48,662 nt of DNA from a virus (taxonomy: Duplodnaviria; Caudoviricetes): positions 1 through 48,662 of IMG/VR virus record IMGVR_UViG_3300044724_004748. One strand, given 5' to 3'. Each line of letters starts with the position of its first letter. The first letter of the stretch is position 1. Position numbers and translations under genes: made by a program. Below, piece after piece: positions 17,939 to 26,549 of the stretch. Below the pieces are notes generated by a model. That model made no database searches. It saw only the letters and a list, made by a program, of their open reading frames with translations, and was not told the origin of the DNA.

Positions 17939-20900
17939 CTTTACAACCTGCCCCATCAATATCTGCAACAGAAAAATCTAAAACTGCCCTACCTATTACA
18001 TAAGGACCAATACCGGTTTCGTCTGGTAAAAACCGTGTCACGAAACCTTCGTACTGTAAGTCGTTTACAGAAACTAGTCTACTGGGAGACCCTTCAGGCA
18101 GCAAGCTATTAACACGGTCTACAAAGCGTTGATCTGATTTATCACCGCTTAATGGGGTACCAGATCCCTTGAAAAAAGACCGAATCATTACTTCATGAAT
18201 ACTATCTGCTTCTGCCTCTAAAGCATGAATAAATTCAGTGTGTTGTGCCCACTCAAAAACGGTGTTAGGGTCATCATCACCTAACCCGAAGTTAAAGTTA
18301 AGTAACATTGCAACACGGTCACGTTTTTTATCATCACCATTAAACATCAACCACGCCATAGATTCTTGCCCAGTTAATCTTCGACCAGCAGCAATAGATT
18401 CTTTAGCACGGTCGTATTGAGCAACTAGCCTATTAAACGCTTTATCAAGATTCTTAATCACTTCTTTGTTAGATGAACGCACGCCACGCCTTGGCCAAAC
18501 ATATTGACCGTCCCAAGCCGCCTCTAACGTATGTTTCTTGATTCCAGCCACAGCAGACATTGCCATAAAGCGTTGATTCAATTTATCTGCAATTCCATTA
18601 CCTCTATTATCTAACATAAGCGTACGTCCGTCAGGCAAAATAATTTCGTACCCAAACTTACCTTGGTAACTATTGACAGCAATCAACTCGTTCTCTACTT
18701 CTCCTTCTGGGTACATCTTTCTCACAACGTTAGCCTTAGAAGACCTATCCGAAACAATAAGCTCACGAATTACTTCATTGCCGTCTTTATCAATCACAGT
18801 AGCATAGAAATACGACTGGAACTGAATTATAGAGGCTTCTTCATCAGGATACCCTTCGTCAAAAATTACATTATCAATTTTAATAAGAAACTCTTCACCA
18901 TCATCAGCACGTACTCTAAACTCAGCTACTACACTACGCTTACTGGGATCACGTTCAGCCTCAACAGCGTCCGACGCAAATAACAATTTGTTCGTCCACT
19001 CCCTAAACTTGCCTTCCCTATTTAGCCGCACAACTGCTTGTCGAGTTGTTTCATTGTTACTCAAATCCACAATATCGTAATCCGATTGATCCAAGTCTTT
19101 AAGACCGGCTTGCACTATCTCCGTCATACCCTGTTTTTGGCGGTTTCTAAAACCAACAAGCCACCCAGGAATACCACTACGGTCAGGCAGCAATTCTGGG
19201 TCATCAGTAAGATAACTAATTTCTCCTATAATTCGCAGACGCATATTCTCACGAGCATTCTTCATTCTGGATCTTAGACCGCGTAAAGTCGCCCAATTTT
19301 CACTTGCCTCGTATACTCCAGCTAAACTGTCCATTAGCCCCTGTACAGCCTCTAAAGTATTCTCATAAACGTCCTCGGGCATATCAGAAACAATAGCTTC
19401 AACGTTTCCGTTCGATGTCAAAAACATTCGGTAAAAATTATCAAGGTCCCGGCCCTGCTTTTGGGCGATTAAAGCACTACGCTGCCCTTTAATTATGTTT
19501 CTGATATAGCGATTAGTCTTAGAAAACTCATTCGAAAAGACTTGCCTCTCATCACCAGACAAAGCACTAGGAAGTAAAGTTTCAATTTGCACGCCAGAGT
19601 TAACATTATTAAGCATATGAACTACAGCCATCTCATAACGAGTATCAGAAATTTTGTCAGGATCAACCCCGACTTCGGACAGCGCTGTTTTCAAAGCCTC
19701 TATTCTGCCCTGTATAAACGCATTCTCAGCCTTATCAACAGTTATATCACCATACTCAGAATCTCCGGCAACCATCACATAAACCAGCGCATCGTCAGAT
19801 CTCTCAGAAAGAGGCAAATCTAACTCACCAAACTCTCGACGCTGTTTATCCAAATACGTATTACTAACAACCCGACCCAGATCGTCTATTTGTTTATTGG
19901 TAGCATTAGTGCCAGCATGAGAAGAGCGAAACTTCCTCAAAGAAAACAACAAATACCCATACTCTTCTAACGAAAGACTATCTGGATCCTCATCAATTTT
20001 CTCATCATACTTTCGCAACTGTGAAAACAAAGCATCGTTTAACCGAGGTAAAAACTCCGGCGACGTATCCATAACATCAGACCTATCTGATAAGTCATGG
20101 ACCAACTCATCATACTCAAAAAGATCGGTAACGCTCCACAACTCATCCCGACCATTCGCATCCAACAAAGCTTCAGCAGTTTCCAAAGCCTGATCAATAG
20201 ACGACACAACATTAGCGCCCTCTTCAGTAACATCATCAACTCGCGTAACTACCCGACCATCAGTAACACCTGCTAATTCTCTAGCGAGATTCACAATATC
20301 CGTATCAATTGACCTAGGGTCTGTTCCCGGCCAATTATCCAGACCATACTTCTCTAAGTAAAGCTGACGCTGCGCCTCAACCGTCGCAAAATCCTGCAAT
20401 GCATCAACCAAAGCATTCCAAGTCGGCTCATCTACAGACTCAAGGTCACGAACATCATAAGAAAAACCACCCAAAGCCACTGAAATTTTCCTAGACACCA
20501 TCTCAAACGCCCGCCGATCAGCATCAGTCAACGGAGGAAGATTCACCAAATCCGAGCGCTCTAACTCATCGACATCCGGCAGATTTCTAGACCAGCGAAG
20601 AAAACTCTCCGTAGCGTCCTCAACATCCGTCTGAAACGTCAGAACTGCCGCCCTAAAACTATCCTCATCAAGCGCATCAGCATCAAAATCAACACGACCA
20701 ATCCGAGAACGATCACGCCTCAAAGACGAAAATTTACCACGAGCATCCTGCAACTTGCCCAAAGCCAACATTGCCGGAGAACTCAAACTACGCCCACACG
20801 TAGAACCCCGAACATTCGTCAACTGCCCACCACCAGTAAAACCAGGGGGACAACGATAACGACTAATCGAAGGATCAAAAAACGCCAACGCCGAAGCAAA

Positions 20901-22721
20901 CCCACCCAACGCCCGACGCAAAGGAACACCGCCAGGACGAACACGCTTAAAATTCACACCGCCCAAATACGCCTGATCTTTATAGGCGTCTACCTTAAAC
21001 GCAACGTCCGCCTGATACTCCTTATAGAGTGTATCGGGTTGGACCGCCTTTGCGGTTATGAAAAAAGGGTTTACGGACTTGCCCTCCGGAACAAGCTCAA
21101 AGATCGGTTCATCCTTAGCACGACGTGGCGCAGAACGAGACAAGAACGTTTCATAAACCCACTGAGGAACCTGACGAACTGTGCCCCCAGGACCCTGTAC
21201 CTTAACCAGCGTATTATCGGTCTGTTCCACATTAAAGCGGCCCTGCTCGTTGAGGTTACCGAACTCGACAACGAACTTGCCGCCAGAATCGTCAGCGAAG
21301 CCTCGGAGACCAGCAGTCGGGTCAATGTCAGCGTCACGAGAAATACGGGTAGGTAACGTACGAGTTAAAGACGTACGTTCCGCAGGAGTAAGCTCGCCGC
21401 CTTCCCTGCCGAAACGAACAACACCAACCTCAGGAATCGCAAAGTATACGTCTTTAAAACCAGCGTTCAAAGACTGTACCGCTTCAATGACTTCTGGAGT
21501 GTCAAACGAAGCATCAGTGTTTCTCACAACTAGAGAACCATCGACAACATCGTCAAAGTCGCCTGTCTGGTTAGCGAAGAAACTCAAACCGGCTACGGGT
21601 TCTAGAATCACGCCGTCCCGCTTGGAAACTCGAATATTCCAACGAGTATCACCAATGGCGTTAAGAATAGTGTTCACGCCGGAAGCTCTAGCAGTAACAT
21701 TTACTTTCTTCGGAGTTGACGGAATCTGCGCTGAGCGAATAAAGACGCCAGGGTTTTTCTGAGTCCGCAAATCGCCAATACTCGAAATAAGCTCAGCGTT
21801 CCTAGCTAACCGGGCGAGCGCACGACCCGTACCGCCAAGGAGTGACCCTGGACCAAAGTTCGGGATACCAAGAATCTGCGCACCACAAGTACTGAAACGG
21901 CGATCCGTGAACGTACCGCCGTTCTCAAACCCAGGCGGACAACGGAACCGGTTGCGGGCACCACGACCCGAACGGCCCAACAAGCGACGACCAGCACCCG
22001 CCAAACGGCGACCACGGCCACTACCGCCGCCCGGAGTTAACGTCCGGAAAACAGCAGAACGGCCAGGACTAGTAACAACACTCGTGTTGCCAGGAGCGAG
22101 CGTAGAACCAACAGCCTGCGCTGCCTGACCAAAACGACTGTTAGAACCAAAAATACCTACACGCTTAACCGAAATATCGTCATTCTCAACAGCAACAGGC
22201 GTATCTAAATACTGCCTAAAAATAGCAGCCTTCATGTCAACAACATTCTGACGGCCAGCAATAGGCTGAACCAAAATGCCACCATAAGCACGAGACTCAC
22301 TAACAGCATAACGCAAAGAAGAACCAGAATACTCTGGCCGACTCAAATCAACAGACTTCGCTTTTCTAGCAGCAGAACGAACACGACGAGTCAACTTACC
22401 ACGACGCTTACGCTTACCCTTACCGCCACGGCCATGATGATTGCCCTCATTCGGCCACTTACCAGTCAACTCGTGGTGAAGCCAAGCACAAACACGCTGA
22501 GGCTTACCGCCAAACTGCGGCTTGTCCATCAAGATGACGACACATCGACGGAAGCCACCCGGCTTCTTCATGATCGGACGCCAGTACTTCAGCAGATCTT
22601 CAAGATTGCCACGACGAGGGCCACGGCCACGAGTTAAAGCAGTTAACTGATCGGCGTTAGGGCCAATTTCAGGACCAACCTTAGAAAAATAAGGTCCGAT
22701 TTCAGGAGTTTCAGTTTCCAT
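17931..22721 (-). CDS. Giant (~1596 aa) putative internal virion protein: Cys/His module, 2x RCPPG repeat, C-terminal GNAT-like domain
   Basis: GFRRCVVIL...RVCAWLHHELTGKWP; RFRCPPGFENGGTFT...TCG and RYRCPPGFTGGGQLT...TCG; RGNGIADKLN...AGIKKHTLEAAWDGQYVWPRRG. Confidence 0.65.
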   Translation of the reverse strand: METETPEIGPYFSKVGPEIGPNADQLTALTRGRGPRRGNLEDLLKYWRPIMKKPGGFRRCVVILMDKPQFGGKPQRVCAWLHHELTGKWPNEGNHHGRGGKGKRKRRGKLTRRVRSAARKAKSVDLSRPEYSGSSLRYAVSESRAYGGILVQPIAGRQNVVDMKAAIFRQYLDTPVAVENDDISVKRVGIFGSNSRFGQAAQAVGSTLAPGNTSVVTSPGRSAVFRTLTPGGGSGRGRRLAGAGRRLLGRSGRGARNRFRCPPGFENGGTFTDRRFSTCGAQILGIPNFGPGSLLGGTGRALARLARNAELISSIGDLRTQKNPGVFIRSAQIPSTPKKVNVTARASGVNTILNAIGDTRWNIRVSKRDGVILEPVAGLSFFANQTGDFDDVVDGSLVVRNTDASFDTPEVIEAVQSLNAGFKDVYFAIPEVGVVRFGREGGELTPAERTSLTRTLPTRISRDADIDPTAGLRGFADDSGGKFVVEFGNLNEQGRFNVEQTDNTLVKVQGPGGTVRQVPQWVYETFLSRSAPRRAKDEPIFELVPEGKSVNPFFITAKAVQPDTLYKEYQADVAFKVDAYKDQAYLGGVNFKRVRPGGVPLRRALGGFASALAFFDPSISRYRCPPGFTGGGQLTNVRGSTCGRSLSSPAMLALGKLQDARGKFSSLRRDRSRIGRVDFDADALDEDSFRAAVLTFQTDVEDATESFLRWSRNLPDVDELERSDLVNLPPLTDADRRAFEMVSRKISVALGGFSYDVRDLESVDEPTWNALVDALQDFATVEAQRQLYLEKYGLDNWPGTDPRSIDTDIVNLARELAGVTDGRVVTRVDDVTEEGANVVSSIDQALETAEALLDANGRDELWSVTDLFEYDELVHDLSDRSDVMDTSPEFLPRLNDALFSQLRKYDEKIDEDPDSLSLEEYGYLLFSLRKFRSSHAGTNATNKQIDDLGRVVSNTYLDKQRREFGELDLPLSERSDDALVYVMVAGDSEYGDITVDKAENAFIQGRIEALKTALSEVGVDPDKISDTRYEMAVVHMLNNVNSGVQIETLLPSALSGDERQVFSNEFSKTNRYIRNIIKGQRSALIAQKQGRDLDNFYRMFLTSNGNVEAIVSDMPEDVYENTLEAVQGLMDSLAGVYEASENWATLRGLRSRMKNARENMRLRIIGEISYLTDDPELLPDRSGIPGWLVGFRNRQKQGMTEIVQAGLKDLDQSDYDIVDLSNNETTRQAVVRLNREGKFREWTNKLLFASDAVEAERDPSKRSVVAEFRVRADDGEEFLIKIDNVIFDEGYPDEEASIIQFQSYFYATVIDKDGNEVIRELIVSDRSSKANVVRKMYPEGEVENELIAVNSYQGKFGYEIILPDGRTLMLDNRGNGIADKLNQRFMAMSAVAGIKKHTLEAAWDGQYVWPRRGVRSSNKEVIKNLDKAFNRLVAQYDRAKESIAAGRRLTGQESMAWLMFNGDDKKRDRVAMLLNFNFGLGDDDPNTVFEWAQHTEFIHALEAEADSIHEVMIRSFFKGSGTPLSGDKSDQRFVDRVNSLLPEGSPSRLVSVNDLQYEGFVTRFLPDETGIGPYVIGRAVLDFSVADIDGAGCKDG

Positions 22722-22893
22722 CGTCAGAAGCCTTTCCATCGTCCAAGGGGACGTACTCTACAAGCACATCATCCTGATAAAAGTATTTTACCGTATCTTT
22801 GTGCCAACTATCGCCTACAACAGCATTGCTGCCTACATTAAATAACGCCTCATTTGCCTGACTAATTACTTGCTCTAAGCGAGCGGGTCTCAT
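22711..22893 (-). CDS. Small hypothetical protein
   Basis: ~60-aa ORF filling the gap. Its stop overlaps the start of the giant gene. Confidence 0.5.
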   Translation of the reverse strand: MRPARLEQVISQANEALFNVGSNAVVGDSWHKDTVKYFYQDDVLVEYVPLDDGKASDDGN

Positions 22894-22913
22894 AAGCTGC
22901 AACCCCTTCCGGA

Positions 22914-24839
22914 TCAGGCCAAATCTTCACCATCGAGCATGTTCTGGAATTCAGCCAAAGCGTTGATAAGCTCAACGTCTTCTTCCTTCTCAGCCGGAGC
23001 CTCAGCAGCCGCCTCAGGAGCCTCAGGCTCTTCCTCATTCCAATCAGCAGGAATCATGTCTTCCTTGCCAAGCTCCTTAGCACGCTTCATGATGTGCTCC
23101 TTAGCCGCAGCCTTGTCCTTGGCACGACCGTAAGCCTGAATAGCGTTGTCCAGATCCGCTGCATCCGCAATCGGGAAAGAACCATCGGGAAGAGCGTCGC
23201 CCGACTCAGCCATGGCCTCACGCTGTTCACGAGAGTACATGCGCTTGATCTCAAGCTCAGCCTCAAGAGCCTTCAGTTCATCTTCCTCATTCAAGTCGTA
23301 GTCGAAAGGATTCTCGACTTCGTACTCATCAAAGCCAAGGACCTTGCCCTCAGGAGAAACGAACACATCGTAGCTCTTCTCGTCAGTGTCAACCTCAACG
23401 ACATACACGTCCTGATTGGCAAACACATCGACCAGAACACCCATCACGTCGCCCTTGATGTCAAGATCTTCAAGAGCCTTAACGGCAGCATCCTCAGCAT
23501 CGACCTGAGATACAATGTCCTGAAGCTCACCAGACTTAGCATCAATCTCATCTTCATCAATGCGCAGCCAGCCCATCTCCTCGCCCTCACCGGACAGGAA
23601 AACCTGAATGCACGAACCATCGGCACGCTTAACATCGACAACAAAGATATCGTCTGCAGTTGAGTAACCAGACCCAACAACTTCTGAACCTTCATGTAGT
23701 GACTTGACCTGGGACTCAATATCTCCTAAACCAGGGAGATCTTCGGTAGGCATACACCCTCCTTGACAAAATTCGCACGGTTGATTAACTGACTTGCGGC
23801 TAAATCCGCAAAGGAAGTCGTCTGACTTCATACCCTCTTCAGGCATTCCAGGCATTCCTGCAGGTGCAGGGGCCTGAGCGGGAGCAGGACCAGCGCCCTG
23901 CGCCTGCTGCTGAGCAGCCTGGGCTGCTTGAGCTTGTCTGGCTGCACGAGCAGCTTCAGCCTGCTCAGCTTCACGCTCTTTCTTAGCAGCCATTTCTTTC
24001 TTGCTCAACTCCATCCACTCATCATGGGAAGCACATGGCATGAACATCTTGCCCGCACGATGTGTGCCTTCGCAGCCAAGAGCTTCGGCACGTTCCATAG
24101 CTTCATCGGCAGTTTCGAACAGATCTTCAACAGCGTTCTCATCTTGGGCTTTACGCATAGCGTTCAGCTCAAGAGGGCTGCGGCGGCGGTAACGCTTACC
24201 ATAGCCCTTGCCGGTACCTTCCTCGTAAACATCGACAACTTCAAACGCTCCCTTAGCATCTTCATCAAGACCTTCGTAATCTTCATCGGAAACCAGCTCG
24301 CCTTCATCCATCATTTCCTTGAAGCGAGAATCGGTCAAGAAAATTGAAGGCTTATCGTTCTTAGGCTTACGCATCATTGACATAATTACTGCAGCCTTTT
24401 CGTTAACCTCTTCATCTTCGTCTTCGTCGGCCTCTTCCTCGGCTTCTTCCTCGGCCTCTTCCTCGACCTCTTCCTCGGCCTCTTCCTCGGCCTCTTCCTC
24501 GGCTTCTTCCTCGGCCTCTTCCTCGGCCTCTTCCTCGGCTTCTTCCTCGGCCTCCTCATCATCTTCCGACTTGAAACGGAACATCCACCCCATAGGAGTC
24601 TCGCCCTTCTCGTCCATGACAAGAACCTTCTCCATAAGCATCTGCTCTTCTTCCGAAAGCTCAGCAAACGCCTCTTCAGAAATCAGCTCACCAGAATCCT
24701 GCATCTCCTTGAAACGGATATCAGTCATGAAAACAGAAGGCGAACCCTTCTCGTCCTCATGCATGCCCTTCTCTTCACCGTCCAACATCGCCTGAATTTC
24801 TTCAAACTTCTGAAGGTCTTCGTTAAGATTTTCACTCAT
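22914..24839 (-). CDS. Acidic scaffold-like mosaic protein: internal duplication, EEEA repeat, DUF3721-like module, Cys cluster, PepSY-like pair, ALPDGSFPI module
   Basis: SVFMTDIRFKEM / SIFLTDSRFKEM duplicate; GCEGTH..FMPC; CGF...PCEFCQGGC; VSQVDAEDAAVKAL...VYVVEV...YDVFVSPEGKVL; ALPDGSFPIADAADLDNAI. Lies directly after the protease gene. Confidence 0.7.
   Translation of the reverse strand: MSENLNEDLQKFEEIQAMLDGEEKGMHEDEKGSPSVFMTDIRFKEMQDSGELISEEAFAELSEEEQMLMEKVLVMDEKGETPMGWMFRFKSEDDEEAEEEAEEEAEEEAEEEAEEEAEEEAEEEVEEEAEEEAEEEADEDEDEEVNEKAAVIMSMMRKPKNDKPSIFLTDSRFKEMMDEGELVSDEDYEGLDEDAKGAFEVVDVYEEGTGKGYGKRYRRRSPLELNAMRKAQDENAVEDLFETADEAMERAEALGCEGTHRAGKMFMPCASHDEWMELSKKEMAAKKEREAEQAEAARAARQAQAAQAAQQQAQGAGPAPAQAPAPAGMPGMPEEGMKSDDFLCGFSRKSVNQPCEFCQGGCMPTEDLPGLGDIESQVKSLHEGSEVVGSGYSTADDIFVVDVKRADGSCIQVFLSGEGEEMGWLRIDEDEIDAKSGELQDIVSQVDAEDAAVKALEDLDIKGDVMGVLVDVFANQDVYVVEVDTDEKSYDVFVSPEGKVLGFDEYEVENPFDYDLNEEDELKALEAELEIKRMYSREQREAMAESGDALPDGSFPIADAADLDNAIQAYGRAKDKAAAKEHIMKRAKELGKEDMIPADWNEEEPEAPEAAAEAPAEKEEDVELINALAEFQNMLDGEDLA
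24429..24560. repeat. In-frame 12-bp tandem repeat (GGCYTCTTCCTC x ~11) encoding (EEEA)n
   Basis: Ten near-perfect units plus one degenerate unit, read directly. Confidence 0.95.
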
Positions 24840-24869
24840 TATAAACTCCTAAATCCTTTATAGAGTATC

Positions 24870-26447
24870 TTATTGAGCACCCTCATCGGTGTCAATGGGT
24901 TCAGTAATGCTAATGCTAGGAACAAATTCCAAAGTAGCCAAAGAATCCGCTACCTTAACCATAAGTTCATCATGATCCATCTTCGTAGAGAAGTGAACAT
25001 CCACACCCTCATCTGTCTTGAAGGAGAAAACAGGCACAGGAGAAAGCGCCGACGAAACATCAAGAGCTTCATCATCAGAACACTTAACGTGCACCACGAA
25101 ACCAGAAACAGACTTTTCGCCCTGCTCCATCGGACGAGACATCGGAGCCTCAGTCAGATAATCCTCAACGCCAGCAATAAGCTCAAGCGTGGCCTCACGA
25201 AGCTCGCCAGCACCACGAAGCTTCAACATCTCGTTGTAAGCCATCAAAAGAAGCGCCATGGGATCTTTGAGGTACTCGGGCTTCTTTGACTCCCCGTAGC
25301 CGTGACCCTTTTCTTCGGTGCCGCAAGAGCAACCGCCGGTAGCATCCTTGGCCTCTTCAACCTCTACACCAGCCAAGTAGTTATTGTGAACATTGATGTT
25401 AGCGTTACCATCAAAACGCTTCAGGGCCTCAAGGTACTCCTCGTGCGTGTCGCAAGGAAGATAGCCGCCACCATGTGAATGAACACCTGAACAACCAAAC
25501 GTCTTCGACCATGCCAAAGCAATGTCTGGAGTCGCCCACGAACCGTGCTCATCCTCGGCGTCACGAATACCATCAGGCTCTTCAGCGTCCTTCTCTTCAG
25601 GACCTTTCACCATCATCGAAGGCGGAGCCGAATCGCCAACCGGAGTGTACGATACAGTCGGCTTTACTCTGGTAGGCTTCCCAACCATAAGGTTGTCGCC
25701 GTCCATAGAGAACGTGGCCATCCATGCCATGTCCTCACCAGTTTCAAAGATTACGGAGTTTCCGTCAACACTGATAATTTTTACCGGCTTACGAAGAGCT
25801 TGCGAAAGGGCGCTGCCAATCATTGATGACATTGCGTCCGCTCTGTTTGATGGTTTGTCCATTTCACTGTCATCCATGTGCATTTTTGTCACTGTACCTT
25901 CTTCGTCGTCTTTTACAGAAATAGTGCCGGTTAGCTGGTTAGCTCCGTGCAGTACGGGAGAAATCTCGTATAATTCAACTTCTTTAAGCATGTTTGCTTT
26001 TTGCATAGCATCATAATCGGCGGTTAATGTTTTGTAACCAATCGACCATTCTTGCTCATTTCCATAAAATGCAACATTTGCGAACGCTTCACGACCACGT
26101 TCAGTGTTTAGGTTAAACTGAACCTTTGCATAGAGTCCGCCAATCTTAGCATTTTTCATCTTTTCAGGCAGTCTTGGATCATTTCTAGAAACTTCGTAAA
26201 TCTCCAGAACTTTACCAATAGGCTGATTCCAGTCGTGGCCCCACACCACTCTGGGCTTGCGACGCTTCAAAGATTCGTTAAAAGCCCCAGAAATGACAAT
26301 ATCGCCAACTGAATCGCGATTACCAATGCCTGAAACAAACGCTTCGACAATACCTTCAGCTTTATCAATGCCAATCTGACCTGAAATCGCCTTAAAAGTG
26401 AAGTCGGCTTCCTTTTCTGATGCGTTTTCCATAACGACAGAAGTCAT
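24870..26447 (-). CDS. HK97-family prohead protease with long C-terminal extension
   Basis: GIVEAFVSGIGNRDSVGDIV..GAF, VVWGHDWNQPIG (His), WSIGY (Ser), LYEISPVLHGAN. About 340 extra residues including a GCSGVH..PC module. Confidence 0.92.
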   Translation of the reverse strand: MTSVVMENASEKEADFTFKAISGQIGIDKAEGIVEAFVSGIGNRDSVGDIVISGAFNESLKRRKPRVVWGHDWNQPIGKVLEIYEVSRNDPRLPEKMKNAKIGGLYAKVQFNLNTERGREAFANVAFYGNEQEWSIGYKTLTADYDAMQKANMLKEVELYEISPVLHGANQLTGTISVKDDEEGTVTKMHMDDSEMDKPSNRADAMSSMIGSALSQALRKPVKIISVDGNSVIFETGEDMAWMATFSMDGDNLMVGKPTRVKPTVSYTPVGDSAPPSMMVKGPEEKDAEEPDGIRDAEDEHGSWATPDIALAWSKTFGCSGVHSHGGGYLPCDTHEEYLEALKRFDGNANINVHNNYLAGVEVEEAKDATGGCSCGTEEKGHGYGESKKPEYLKDPMALLLMAYNEMLKLRGAGELREATLELIAGVEDYLTEAPMSRPMEQGEKSVSGFVVHVKCSDDEALDVSSALSPVPVFSFKTDEGVDVHFSTKMDHDELMVKVADSLATLEFVPSISITEPIDTDEGAQ

Positions 26448-26549
26448 GTCTCTCCTTAAGGTCTAAGAGCGCCCTGAGTATATGTTATCGGGGCGACGGT
26501 TGATACTTGAGCGTATTTATATAAACTCAAAAAAGGGTAATTATATAAA

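Noticed and set aside
17931-17968. Programmed frameshift fusing the 1596-aa and 1010-aa genes
   Set aside because: No clear slippery heptamer; an 8-nt start/stop overlap explains it as translational coupling.
24429-24560. Tandem repeat as a CRISPR array or origin iterons
   Set aside because: There are no spacers; it is an in-frame 12-bp unit encoding EEEA.
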